DNA of 25,362 nt from a virus (IMGVR_UViG_3300030330_002855:1-25362), one strand, 5' to 3'. Counted from the stretch's first letter, positions 1 to 10,649 are shown. Notes: generated by a model from the sequence alone, not told the origin. Translations and numbers: made by a program.

Positions 1-270
1 GCGGATACGCTAGCAAGACTAGATGCGCTAAGAAGACAGGGCGCACAGCAGAGAGCACTGCAACAAGCGGCTTTGGATATGGGTTATCAAGATTTCTTAA
101 GACAGCAAGATGCCACAAGAGGACAGTTAGGATTCTATGGCGGCTTATTAAGAGGTGTGCCTGTAACTCCAAATCAAACCATAAGCACAATGCAACAACA
201 GCCGGGATTATTTCAGTCATTAGTCGGCACTGGTTTAGGGGCATTAGGACTATATAGAGGTATGAGTTAA
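1..270 (+). CDS. C-terminal part of a putative internal virion / DNA-ejection protein (5' truncated)
   Basis: Frame +1 is open from base 1 (ADTLARLDALRRQGAQQRALQQAALDMGYQDF...). Q/A/G-rich, with a Gly-rich hydrophobic end (GLFQSLVGTGLGALGLY) typical of podovirus ejection proteins. Stop overlaps the next ATG (TAATG). Confidence 0.6.
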   Translation, partial: ADTLARLDALRRQGAQQRALQQAALDMGYQDFLRQQDATRGQLGFYGGLLRGVPVTPNQTISTMQQQPGLFQSLVGTGLGALGLYRGMS

Positions 271-1817
271 TGGCTATGAACTTAATTGAGATTGGAGAAG
301 AGTTAGAAAGCGTTCCAGATGCAGAACTTGCCGCCATGATTAATAATCCTGATTCTAAGTATCCAGTTTTTATGGTCGTATCAGAGGTGCAAAGACGAGC
401 AAAGTTTAGAAAAATGTATGAAAATGAAGTAGCTAGAATGAACCAACCGCAAACCACAGTAGTTGAGGAAGCGGTCATGGGATTGATGCAAGGTCAAGGG
501 GCTATGCCTATGCAAGCCAGAATGTCCTCACCAGTTAACTCCCAAGGTTCTGGGTCGCAGGGCATGGCTCCGCCTGTACAAATGCAAGCAGGAGGTCTTA
601 CAGCTACCTCACCACAAGTTCTGCTTCAAAGTATTACTCAAGAACTAAGAGACCCATTTCTTGCTCCGATGAGAAGGCAAATGTTAAACAAGCAACTTGC
701 AGATATACAAAAATCTATGGCAATAGGTGCTACGGGTATAACGCAAACTACTGATGCATTGTCAGATATTGGAGACTTAGATAAAGTAAGAGAAGAGTTT
801 CCTCTATATGATTATTTTGCAGGAGGAGCTAGAGATAGAGAAAAATTAGGAATAGGTTCTATGCAAAGAGAGCCAGAAGCGCAAGCTAAATTAGTGACAG
901 ATGCGGCTTTGGCTAGAGGTCAAGCAAGAACAAAAAATCAATCCACTAATGATGTTGAGGTCGATACAAGAAGAAGATTAGACAGAGCTTTGGAATTAGT
1001 GAAAAAACAGGATACAACATCTGCCCCAATAGAAACATCTGGGCTAAAAAGTTTTAATTTAGAACAAGGTATGCAAGATATAGAAGATGCTTTTTCCATA
1101 AAACCAAAAGCTCCTTTAGAAGAAAGAGTCAGTGGAATTACAGAAAGATTTGGTTTAAAAAGCATAGACATACCTAAAATTACAGAAGAAGATCGGCAAA
1201 GAGAACTTAGCGTATTTACTCTGGGCAACTTAGCTAAAGCCATAGGTTCTGCTAAAAATTTAGGTGAAATTGCATCGGGTCTCGGTGAGTCAGCTATTGG
1301 TTTACAGGGATTAAAGAGAAGGCAAAGAAGAGAAGACATTGCAGATAGGCTAGCGCAAACAAAAGCAGATAGAGAATTGTTATCCACTGCTTTGAATATA
1401 GCAGGAAAAGAGGATGTGCAAGACACCGCTTTACAAGCTCAAAAACAAGCTAAATTTAATGCAGAAAGCGCCTTAAGAAGAGAAGCTTTAGAGATAGACA
1501 AATATAATAATATGGTTAAAAGACAAGCAAGTGCAGATGAACTTGCTAAAGAACAAGGACGATTATTAAGTATTTCGACAGCGGCAACAATAGCTAAAGT
1601 GGATTTGTTAGAGGATCAATTAGATCAATCGCAAAAGAAAAACTTGATAGATACTCTCGAGCAATTAAATAAATCTTACGAACAAGCTATTGATATGACT
1701 GAAAAACAAAATATATTTAATAGAATACTTTCTATAAGCGATGCATTAAACAAAAGGCTAGGCATAGATAACATACCTGCCGCAACAGGTGAATTTGCAA
1801 ATCAGATAACTAATTAG
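270..1817 (+). CDS. Putative internal virion / ejection protein (515 aa, helical)
   Basis: Long ORF with AGAGG upstream, coiled-coil-like composition, located between two other ejection-type genes. Confidence 0.55.
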   Translation: MAMNLIEIGEELESVPDAELAAMINNPDSKYPVFMVVSEVQRRAKFRKMYENEVARMNQPQTTVVEEAVMGLMQGQGAMPMQARMSSPVNSQGSGSQGMAPPVQMQAGGLTATSPQVLLQSITQELRDPFLAPMRRQMLNKQLADIQKSMAIGATGITQTTDALSDIGDLDKVREEFPLYDYFAGGARDREKLGIGSMQREPEAQAKLVTDAALARGQARTKNQSTNDVEVDTRRRLDRALELVKKQDTTSAPIETSGLKSFNLEQGMQDIEDAFSIKPKAPLEERVSGITERFGLKSIDIPKITEEDRQRELSVFTLGNLAKAIGSAKNLGEIASGLGESAIGLQGLKRRQRREDIADRLAQTKADRELLSTALNIAGKEDVQDTALQAQKQAKFNAESALRREALEIDKYNNMVKRQASADELAKEQGRLLSISTAATIAKVDLLEDQLDQSQKKNLIDTLEQLNKSYEQAIDMTEKQNIFNRILSISDALNKRLGIDNIPAATGEFANQITN

Positions 1818-1825
1818 GAATATTA

Positions 1826-4800
1826 ATGGGTCAATATCGTTTACCAGATGGTAGGATATTAGAGGTTGATGATGATATAACCAAAGAAAATGCAATCTTA
1901 TTGCAGAATCAACTGTCTGAATTATATCCAGAATACTATCAGCCATTTAAAGAAGAAGTGCAAACCACCTTTGGCGGTCACCTTGCAGAGGTTGCAAAAG
2001 GTATCCCTCGAGGTTTGGCAGGTTCATTTATTTCTGCCGGAGAAGGTGTTGTCAACTTATTTGATATGGGTAACGACAGTGATGTCGGGGAGTACCTAAG
2101 AGGTTTACAAAATCAACTTAATGAAAGTAGCTTGGGCGCATCAGAGGGATATGAAGATGCTTTCTCTAGTAAGTTTGGCGCAGGGCTAGGATCATTTGCT
2201 TCGTTCTTTATACCCGGAGCCGCGGCAGGAAAGCTAGCAGGATTAGGAGCCACAGCTAAAGGTCTTACAGCCGCAGAAAAATTAGACAGATCACAAAAGT
2301 TTTCGCGAAGAGCCGCTTTAGGTTTAGCTATTCCGGCAGGTATTTCAGCGCAAGGACAAAATATAGAGTTTGCCAGAGAGCAAGGCGAAGAAGTAGGGGC
2401 AATGCAAGAGCTTCTAGCCGAGTTATCAGGTGGCGCAATAGGTGCTTCAGAAATATTTTCTTTAAATAATTTATTTAGATATGTGCCAAAAGACAAAGTA
2501 AATTTAGGATTAGTAGATAAGTTAGGATTTGCTGTAGGCACAGGGGGAAGAGAGGCAATACAAGAAGCAGGTGCAGGTTTAGCGCAAGACTTAGTAGCAA
2601 GAGGAATATACAGCGATAAGTTACCAATAGGAGAAAGTTTACTCGATGACTTTACTGTAGGTGGCGCTGTAGGTTTTGTTTCTGATCTAGTTTTTAGAGG
2701 TGTGCTAGATAAAAGAGGCATTGGCAATACATACAATGAAGACCTAGAGAGACAGCAAAGAGAAGAAGAAGAGAAAAGCAAATTTAAACGTAGAGATTTC
2801 TTTAATCAAGCCACAACTACAACCTTTGTTGCCCCTAAAGATATACAGCCTACCGCGCCAGTAGAAGATGCGCCCATACCCGAGTCCACATTAGAGTTTG
2901 CTGAACCTCCTGTATTAGAAGAGTTTGAAATTGTTCGTAATCCTAACGGCACTGGTTCGGTTGTAGGATTAGAAACAGGCAATGTATATTCTACTGAACC
3001 AGACACTGAATCTGCCGCCAAAAAAGCTATTGATCTAAGAAAAAGTTTAAGAGATTCGTTTGTAGATTCTGCGGCTAAACAAAACTTATCTATCAATGGG
3101 CTGTATGGCAATGGGACAGCTTATAATTTAGCTAGAAAAGTTTATGATCCTCAAGCGCACTTGATACCTGCTCAAGCTGTGGCGGCTTTAGATAGCACTA
3201 TAAACATAAAGCGTAAAGATAAAGTAAAAAATCAAAAACAAATATCAGAAGATATACAAGCTATCAAGAACGTATTAGGTCCTCTAGATGAATCACAAAC
3301 AAAAAATTTAGAGGATAGATTAGCACTACAACAAACTTCATATCCATTAAGAAATACCAAGATAGATAAAGCAAGTCTTATCGGTCAACTCCAAACTAAA
3401 GCACAGAAGAAAAATGTGCCTATCAAATCTTTCTACACTCCCAAAGAAGCCAAGAAACTTTTATCGCCTGCTGACTTTAATTCTTTAATGTCAGAGAGGG
3501 CGCATGTCATATTTAAAGTGGCTAAGAAAGGGGTGCTTACAGGTGAGTCCATTGGACAAAAAAGATCAAGAGAAAAAATACCTGTATCTAGAAATGATTT
3601 CAACAAGGTATTCAAAGCAAAAAACATAACTCCTGATTTAAACTCGCCTGCTTTCCAATACATAGCTGAAACGCTTACTGGCACTAACTCATTTACTAAA
3701 ATGAATAGAGGTCAGAAAGAGTTACTTCTCACTAGACTTAGAAACTTACCTAGGTTTTCTAATCCCACAAAATTACCTGACCTTAGACCTAGACCTTACA
3801 GTGCAAATCAATTAAATACTTTGTATACAAGTATTAAAGGAGAGCCTATTACAACGGCTCAGATTAAGTCTCTCGTAAAGAATAATCAGACTGGTAGGGA
3901 TTTATCTCCCAAAGAATTAAACATGCTTAGAAACGATTTAATAGAGAGTGGAAGGGCAGAAAAAATTAAAAACAAACTGGTAATGACTACAGACTTTGAG
4001 GTTAGACAGGCTAGAAAAGCACAGCCTTTAAATGAAACTACTGATCAATTTAGACAAAGACTGCAAGATTTAACGCCTTTGCAAGAAGAACAAATAGATG
4101 AGGTTGTTAGCAATCAAGAATCTCAAGGTGCAGATGTAGTAACGCAAGAGGAGGTGTTGTTGCTTGCTCCTCCAAATACTATGAAAAAGTATGATACGTT
4201 ACGAAAAAATATTAGAGAAAAAATGAATCAGTTAGGCTTGTCAGATGTAGGTCTTAAATTTGAAACAGCGATTAGGTCATCTCAAGGCATGGAATTTATA
4301 GATGGTAGACCTGTTCTAACTGGAAGAGCAAGTGATGTAGAAGCAGAATATGATGATGCTTTTAGAAGAATACTCGTATCAATGACAAAGTTTGATCCTG
4401 ATGGCAGTAAGTCTGATGCAGAGCTAGAGTCTGCCATCTCAGCTACTATAGATCATGAAGCTATCCATGCCATAAGAGATTTAGATTTAATTACTGAGGG
4501 CGAGTATCAACGTCTTTTAAATTTTGCAAAACAATATTTACCGACTATCGAAGCAGACAATCAACCAAAAGATGCCAAGAAAGGTGACAAGCCAAAGACT
4601 GCTCTTGAAATGATAGATATAAATTATGCTAGTCTCAGAGAAACTGGCAACATCATCGCTCTCGAAGAAGAATATGTTGCTGAACTATTTAGATACTACA
4701 GAAAAGACCCTAGCAAATTTAAGGGCGAGTCAAAGAAAACTATTAGAAAAATCATAGACTTAATAAAAGGTTTTTTTGACAGCATATTTGGTTCTGGATT

Positions 4801-7800
4801 TAGTTCACCGATAGCTGTCATGGAAGACATTCGTCTGGGTAAGATAGGCAGAAGAGAAAGAAATAAAATAAGAAGCTTGCAAGCATTAGATAGAGCCAAA
4901 GAAAGAAATCAATTTGTATCACCACCTAAGTTTTCTCAGACCAGAGAAGATGCAGAGGACAGATTGCAAAGGGCAACACAAAGAATGATGGTAGCTGAGA
5001 GCACCATTAGACAGGAAGGTGGCTCGATGTCTAGGGCTAGCTACCAAAGAGAACTTAACAAGTTAAGGCAAGCTGAAGAAGAAATAAGATTATTGACCGA
5101 TCAAATAAATAGTACACCTAAGTTTTCGCGGGCAGGTATTACGCCTAGTAATATTTTATTCCCCGGTGCGACAGAAGAAGCTGTTTACAATGAATATAAA
5201 AATACTAATGGCAATCCTAAAGCAGAAAACTTTAGAGCCGCGCTCGGTGCATTCTCTCCTACAAAGGCAAAGCGACATGATTTTGTAGATTACTCTCAGT
5301 TAAAAGCAGATTTACGAGATGCAGTAAAGAAAAATATGGATTATCTGTGGTATGAGAGATGGGGTAATGGAATACCAACAATAGTTGGAGATGTTAACAT
5401 GAATGAGTTTTCATCTATCTTTGGCGTTACCTCTGCACAAGCAAAGCCAGAACCTAATTTAAAAGATACGTTAAGAACAATGATAGTTGCCAGACAAATA
5501 GACCCTGTCAATGACAAGGATAAATTTATAAAGGAACTTAAAAAGTTTAACGTAGCTAATAAGAACAATCAAAGACTAAATGACATCGCAAAAATTTATG
5601 AAACAGGCTTGTATAAAAAACAAGAAACGGGCCAGAAAACAGCTACTTATGCCCTAGAAGTATTAGACTCATCTAACAACAGGTTTAGTCCATTCTCTGT
5701 AATTGATAGGCATATGATTAGAAAGTTTGGCATGGATAATGGCACAGGCGGTGGCATTAATGAGAACGAATACAGGGTTATGCAAGCTATTATCGGATTG
5801 TTAGCCACTGAAAATTACAACATTGATGGTGAAGTAAGAACATTTACACCTAGACAAGTGCAAGCTTTGCTGTGGGCTCATCAAAGATATGATGGTCCTA
5901 CTAAGATTTATAATGAAGGAACGTATGAGTCCTCTGTAAGACACTCTTCAGAAGAAATATCTGCAATAAAAGAAATGATAGATCAGGGAGATTTTGCAAT
6001 TGACAGACCCTTCTCTGGTAAATTTATTCACAATCCTAATTACAAAAGTAAAACACAATCAAATATTTTTGACACAGACTTAAAGCAAAATATGTATGAT
6101 GCTATTGTAAATTCTGCTCCTGAAGTAATCATAGAATTTAAAATGGGGAAAGAGAGAGGTTATCTTCCAAAGAATATTGACGAGTCCGTTCCTTTTGCAA
6201 GCTTCTTAAATTATCAGAGACAAATTTTAAAGAAGATTTCTTCAGGTAATAAAATTAAATTCTTAAACAACCTTCAAATACCTCATGAAATTACAGAGTC
6301 TGCCGGAACATATGATGGATACTTGAATCCAAATATATTATTGAAACTTCCCGGGGCGGAGCCTGCTGTAGTTAGGTCAATAGCGCAGTTATTTACGGAT
6401 GCGTTTATGCAAGATGCGGCAGTGACAGCTAGACCTGTAGAAAAAGGTTTATTAAAAACTGGATTGATTTTAGAAAAGCCGGATCAATCTGCATTTACAG
6501 TGCAAGAGTTACAAGATATTACAAATACATTTGAAGGCATGGAAAGAGCCGGACAACAAGTTAACTTTACGTTGATGGCTAATAATAAAACAGGTGTAAC
6601 ATTCATGGACCCCAAGTCTTTTTCTGAAGGTCCTTATACAGCGCAAGATTTGACTGACTTTGCTAGCACTATCCTTGAAGGGATACAGGGTAAGGGTTAT
6701 ACTTTAAAAAGATATGGACAAGAATCGGAGTATATAGAATATGGAGAAGATCAAGGATGGACACCGGGAACTAAATCAGGCATTAGAGGACTTAGGGATA
6801 GAGTTGGTTTCACCGAATCATCCGATATACAAAGAGCCGCCCTCCGTGATCTTTACATCCCCGCCTACGAAAGCTACCGACAATTCGCGGCAGAAGTAGG
6901 ATTTGAACCTAAAACAGTACCACCTTACTTAGAAGAAAACTCAGCACTTGCAGGCGAAGCAGATATTACTGATGCTGATATTGCTGAGGTGCAAGCAGAA
7001 GTTATAAGAATAAATGAATCCTTATCTCGAGGAGTCATACCTACCTACAACGATCAAGCAAATCCTGTTGCCCTTAAGATTGCATTTGATTTTCAAAATG
7101 CCCCAGAGGACATGGGCATAATAAATGATCCTCCTAAATTTCATAGAAGCAATGCCAAAGTTCCTCCCAAATATGAAGGGACTTTAAATGAAATAGGCAG
7201 ACCAGAGATGCCTGCAAAATCATTCGGTAGAACTTTAGTTGATAGCACTAACCTTGGCACTCTCAATGAAATGCTTACTAGAGGAAGAGAAGCGTTTGTT
7301 GATAAGTTAACAAGAGCAGAGCAAGCAATTATGAGAGCCACTGCAATAAGTCCAGAAGCAAGAGAGCTTAATCTTATGGCAGAGACTGGAGCATTACAGG
7401 CTCTTAGGCACTCTGATAGAGCGAAAGGCATTTATGCGATGATGCTCAAAGCAGGAGTGCCTACATTCAAAGAAGGTTTGGCATCTGTGGAACAGTTTGA
7501 GCATGGGGGACTGATAGAAATATTTGCTCCACTATATCAGGACCCGAATGTAGATTTAGAATCTTTATTTAAAATATATGCAGTTGCTACCAGAGGTAAA
7601 CGACTTAACGAACAAGGAGTCGAGACTCCTGTATCTGAAGATGCGATAGCACAAGCCGCAGAGATAGCATCAGATTATCCAATAGTCAAACAGGTATATG
7701 ATAAGTTTCAGCAGTTCAATAATCGTGTAATAGACTTTGCCGTTGAAGGAGGAATACTGCAAGAGGACAGAACGAATGCTCAATTGATAAGAGACTTCAA

Positions 7801-9916
7801 TAAAAAGTCTAAGCGTAAGTATCGAGTTGATGAAAGTCTTACACCTGAGCAAACAAGAGCAGAAATACTAGGTCTGATACAAGCATACAATTCAACAGCT
7901 TCTGCTAATCAAGTTATAGAAACTAGAGGAACAGCGAAAATATGGCGAGAGAACTCTGATTATTATCCTTTCTACAGACAAATGGAAGATCAGAATGTAG
8001 CCGGACCCAAGATTGCTTCTGGATTCTTATCCTCTAATCCTCTATCAGTAAAAATGAAAGGCAGTAAAGAAGATTTAAACCTTGATCCGTTAACTGTTAT
8101 TTCAAAAAATCAATTAGCTATTGTTACTGCGGCTATGAAAAATGATGGACTGCAAAAGCTTATGAGGTCTCTCGAGTTATCTGGTCAAGCGCAAAGAATA
8201 GATGACGAAACTTACGAAGGCAACAGAGCCAACCTCATGCCAGTGATGATAGATGGCGAAAAGGTTTTCTTTGATGTGGCTGATCCTATGTTGGTCAATA
8301 GTTTGCAGACTGTTGGAATAGATGACATAGGTGGTCTCGCAAAATTTTTAGCTTACCCCGCGGGATTTTTGAGAGAGTTAGTAACTCGTGATCCCGGATT
8401 TATGATAGCTAACTTATTGCGAGATAGTCTTTCTTCTTACGTAACCTCGGGAGCAAATATGGTTCCCATCATAGACACCTTTAAAAACTTTAATGCTGAT
8501 ATGACTCAGCTAGAAAAGTTTGGAATTATCGGAGGTTATGATTTTAGCAACGATCCACAGGATGTAGCTAAGTTTATTAGAAAAGAAATGAACAAAGCCG
8601 GTAGAGGAAGAAATGGTGCGCTATCTCTAACAGATTCTGCTGTAAGAATATGGGATTGGCTAGGACAGCAGACCACTAAATCAGACGGAGCAACAAGACA
8701 AGCAGTCTACGATAAGATACTTGATTTGACAGGCAGTCAGGCTGAAGCGGCTTATCAGGCATTAGAAGTAATTAACTTTAGCAGAAGAGGACTTAGTCCT
8801 ATATTTAGGATTGTAACCGCGGCAATACCATTTTTAAATGCTAGGATACAAGGTCTTGATGTTTTGTATAGAGCACATAGCGGCAAGTATTCGGCCGCGG
8901 CAAAGCAAGCGGCTGATGAAACTCAACAAGATTTTGCAAGGCGAGTTGCTCTAGGCACTTTGGCAAGGGGAGGATTATTAACATTATTGACTGGTTTATA
9001 TTACGCTCTAGTAAGTGATGAAGAAGAATACAAAGGAGCAACAAGAGAAATTAGAGATGATAACTGGATAATTCCGTATGCAGAAGGAATACCCGCTTTA
9101 AAAATACCTATACCTTTTGAGGTTGGAGTTATGTATAAGGTTATTCCAGAAAGAATAATAGATGTTGCGATGGGTGGAGATTTAAATGAAACAGTTGATT
9201 CTTTACTTCGGCAAGCAGAAACTACTTTGAAGATTGATCCTTTAGGATTCCAAGCAATCAAGCCATTGACAGAAGCGATAATTAATAGAAGTTCTTACAC
9301 TGGTAATGAGATAGTTCCATACTACAAGAGAGTTGGCTTGGAGCCGGGATATCAAGCTAATTATAATACTAATGAGTTAGCAAGACTTGTCGGAGAAACC
9401 TTTAACATATCACCAATAAAAATAGAGTATGTGTTAAGAGGTTACGGAGGAACAATCGGTGGCTATGTCCTTGGTATGACTGATGCAATATTAAGACAAA
9501 CTACTGACAGAGATTTTATCAGCCCAAGAATAGATAGAATGCCAGTCTTTAAAAGATTTTTACAAACTGATTTGGGCGGTGGCTTACAGCAACAATACTA
9601 TGAATTAAGAGCAGAGAGTAACAAGTTCCAACAGACTGTAAACGCTTTACGCAAGCAAGGAAGAACAGATGAGTTGATGGCATACATGCAAAATCACAGA
9701 GGGCTAGCTGTAACTAGACCTCAAATACTTGCGATTGAAAGATACATGAGACACTGGCGAAAACAAAGGGATGCTGTATTAAATACAAACTCTTTATCTT
9801 CAGATCAAAAAGAAGAGATATTAGAGCAAATGGAAATGTCTAGAGACATGAGGTTAGCTTTCGTGCCAGAGTTAAGAAAACAATCTGACGTTCCTGTCAT
9901 AACCCTTGGACTCTAA
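1826..9916 (+). CDS. Large polyvalent internal virion protein (2696 aa): Gly/Ala-rich N-terminus, zincin metallopeptidase, HhH-GPD-like glycosylase, LPD38-type C-terminus
   Basis: AGGA upstream. HEAIH at 4454-4468 with downstream EEEYVAE; GQKTA...VIDRHMIR at 5630-5722; C-terminal NFSRRG...IPFLNARIQG...RDDNWII...KIPIPFEVG matches my recollection of LPD38-containing phage proteins. Confidence 0.8.
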   Translation: MGQYRLPDGRILEVDDDITKENAILLQNQLSELYPEYYQPFKEEVQTTFGGHLAEVAKGIPRGLAGSFISAGEGVVNLFDMGNDSDVGEYLRGLQNQLNESSLGASEGYEDAFSSKFGAGLGSFASFFIPGAAAGKLAGLGATAKGLTAAEKLDRSQKFSRRAALGLAIPAGISAQGQNIEFAREQGEEVGAMQELLAELSGGAIGASEIFSLNNLFRYVPKDKVNLGLVDKLGFAVGTGGREAIQEAGAGLAQDLVARGIYSDKLPIGESLLDDFTVGGAVGFVSDLVFRGVLDKRGIGNTYNEDLERQQREEEEKSKFKRRDFFNQATTTTFVAPKDIQPTAPVEDAPIPESTLEFAEPPVLEEFEIVRNPNGTGSVVGLETGNVYSTEPDTESAAKKAIDLRKSLRDSFVDSAAKQNLSINGLYGNGTAYNLARKVYDPQAHLIPAQAVAALDSTINIKRKDKVKNQKQISEDIQAIKNVLGPLDESQTKNLEDRLALQQTSYPLRNTKIDKASLIGQLQTKAQKKNVPIKSFYTPKEAKKLLSPADFNSLMSERAHVIFKVAKKGVLTGESIGQKRSREKIPVSRNDFNKVFKAKNITPDLNSPAFQYIAETLTGTNSFTKMNRGQKELLLTRLRNLPRFSNPTKLPDLRPRPYSANQLNTLYTSIKGEPITTAQIKSLVKNNQTGRDLSPKELNMLRNDLIESGRAEKIKNKLVMTTDFEVRQARKAQPLNETTDQFRQRLQDLTPLQEEQIDEVVSNQESQGADVVTQEEVLLLAPPNTMKKYDTLRKNIREKMNQLGLSDVGLKFETAIRSSQGMEFIDGRPVLTGRASDVEAEYDDAFRRILVSMTKFDPDGSKSDAELESAISATIDHEAIHAIRDLDLITEGEYQRLLNFAKQYLPTIEADNQPKDAKKGDKPKTALEMIDINYASLRETGNIIALEEEYVAELFRYYRKDPSKFKGESKKTIRKIIDLIKGFFDSIFGSGFSSPIAVMEDIRLGKIGRRERNKIRSLQALDRAKERNQFVSPPKFSQTREDAEDRLQRATQRMMVAESTIRQEGGSMSRASYQRELNKLRQAEEEIRLLTDQINSTPKFSRAGITPSNILFPGATEEAVYNEYKNTNGNPKAENFRAALGAFSPTKAKRHDFVDYSQLKADLRDAVKKNMDYLWYERWGNGIPTIVGDVNMNEFSSIFGVTSAQAKPEPNLKDTLRTMIVARQIDPVNDKDKFIKELKKFNVANKNNQRLNDIAKIYETGLYKKQETGQKTATYALEVLDSSNNRFSPFSVIDRHMIRKFGMDNGTGGGINENEYRVMQAIIGLLATENYNIDGEVRTFTPRQVQALLWAHQRYDGPTKIYNEGTYESSVRHSSEEISAIKEMIDQGDFAIDRPFSGKFIHNPNYKSKTQSNIFDTDLKQNMYDAIVNSAPEVIIEFKMGKERGYLPKNIDESVPFASFLNYQRQILKKISSGNKIKFLNNLQIPHEITESAGTYDGYLNPNILLKLPGAEPAVVRSIAQLFTDAFMQDAAVTARPVEKGLLKTGLILEKPDQSAFTVQELQDITNTFEGMERAGQQVNFTLMANNKTGVTFMDPKSFSEGPYTAQDLTDFASTILEGIQGKGYTLKRYGQESEYIEYGEDQGWTPGTKSGIRGLRDRVGFTESSDIQRAALRDLYIPAYESYRQFAAEVGFEPKTVPPYLEENSALAGEADITDADIAEVQAEVIRINESLSRGVIPTYNDQANPVALKIAFDFQNAPEDMGIINDPPKFHRSNAKVPPKYEGTLNEIGRPEMPAKSFGRTLVDSTNLGTLNEMLTRGREAFVDKLTRAEQAIMRATAISPEARELNLMAETGALQALRHSDRAKGIYAMMLKAGVPTFKEGLASVEQFEHGGLIEIFAPLYQDPNVDLESLFKIYAVATRGKRLNEQGVETPVSEDAIAQAAEIASDYPIVKQVYDKFQQFNNRVIDFAVEGGILQEDRTNAQLIRDFNKKSKRKYRVDESLTPEQTRAEILGLIQAYNSTASANQVIETRGTAKIWRENSDYYPFYRQMEDQNVAGPKIASGFLSSNPLSVKMKGSKEDLNLDPLTVISKNQLAIVTAAMKNDGLQKLMRSLELSGQAQRIDDETYEGNRANLMPVMIDGEKVFFDVADPMLVNSLQTVGIDDIGGLAKFLAYPAGFLRELVTRDPGFMIANLLRDSLSSYVTSGANMVPIIDTFKNFNADMTQLEKFGIIGGYDFSNDPQDVAKFIRKEMNKAGRGRNGALSLTDSAVRIWDWLGQQTTKSDGATRQAVYDKILDLTGSQAEAAYQALEVINFSRRGLSPIFRIVTAAIPFLNARIQGLDVLYRAHSGKYSAAAKQAADETQQDFARRVALGTLARGGLLTLLTGLYYALVSDEEEYKGATREIRDDNWIIPYAEGIPALKIPIPFEVGVMYKVIPERIIDVAMGGDLNETVDSLLRQAETTLKIDPLGFQAIKPLTEAIINRSSYTGNEIVPYYKRVGLEPGYQANYNTNELARLVGETFNISPIKIEYVLRGYGGTIGGYVLGMTDAILRQTTDRDFISPRIDRMPVFKRFLQTDLGGGLQQQYYELRAESNKFQQTVNALRKQGRTDELMAYMQNHRGLAVTRPQILAIERYMRHWRKQRDAVLNTNSLSSDQKEEILEQMEMSRDMRLAFVPELRKQSDVPVITLGL

Positions 9917-10231
9917 AAACTCTATTTCTTTTTCTTCTTTCAATAGCTTTAACTTAAAGAACCCATTATGTTCTGGATATCTTGCATGGAATAGTCTTGC
10001 GTAAAAAGATATGTAGTCGTTGCTTATCTTAAAGTCACCACCTTTTGTTTCTATCTCTTCGTTCCATCTAATCCTATTAATGATAGCCCAATGTGAGTAA
10101 TTCTTTCTGCCACTATTGATCGCTTCAAATGTGTACTGCTCAAACAAAAGCCATACACGCGGATTACTCTTGTGCCACTCCCACCAATCTCGCTTTCTTT
10201 TGTTTAGTTTCTTTTCGTAAAGTTCAATCAT
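9872..10231 (-). CDS. Conserved phage hypothetical protein (119 aa)
   Basis: NPRVW..F...RIRW...FKISNDY..FYARLF...P...GFF pattern recurrent in phages. Last gene of the leftward operon; overlaps the giant ORF tail-to-tail by 45 bp. Confidence 0.7.
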   Translation of the reverse strand: MIELYEKKLNKRKRDWWEWHKSNPRVWLLFEQYTFEAINSGRKNYSHWAIINRIRWNEEIETKGGDFKISNDYISFYARLFHARYPEHNGFFKLKLLKEEKEIEFLESKGYDRNVRLFS

Positions 10232-10565
10232 CTTTGTTCACCATAAGAGAAACAAAATGCTCCGCTTCTACTACTGCTAGAGTTTTGCTTCTGTTCCTTT
10301 TTATTATTACCAAAGGCTCGTAGCCTTTGCAGTTATCTTCAGCTTGCTGATAGGCTTTCCAGATGTTTACCGCCTCTTGATTCTTGCATTCAATAGAATA
10401 TGGAAACTTATCTCTGGACTGTTTGCCAAGTATAATATCCTCTCCTTGACTGCCCATCGGTCTACTTTCTAAATCTTCTTTATCTAAATTAAGTTTATCA
10501 ATCAACAAATTAGTAAACCATTGCTGTAACTTTCTCCCTTTTGCTTTCGCACTGCTAGCTTTCAT
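10224..10565 (-). CDS. Holliday junction resolvase-like PD-(D/E)XK nuclease (T5 D14-like)
   Basis: SAKAKGRKLQQW...MGSQGED...SIECKNQE...PLVIIKRNR motifs; GGGAG upstream. Confidence 0.8.
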   Translation of the reverse strand: MKASSAKAKGRKLQQWFTNLLIDKLNLDKEDLESRPMGSQGEDIILGKQSRDKFPYSIECKNQEAVNIWKAYQQAEDNCKGYEPLVIIKRNRSKTLAVVEAEHFVSLMVNKDD

Positions 10566-10649
10566 AACAAACTCCCTAAAGATAATGGACGGGTAAATAT
10601 TTTTTTATAACACCCTGCTGTAAAAATACAACAGAAACTATCAAAAATA

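Noticed and set aside
938-9261. Minus-strand ORFs within the virion genes (e.g. 938..1426, 2113..2781, 7141..7431)
   Set aside because: Antisense shadows of long real ORFs, Ser/Leu-rich, with no recognisable motifs.
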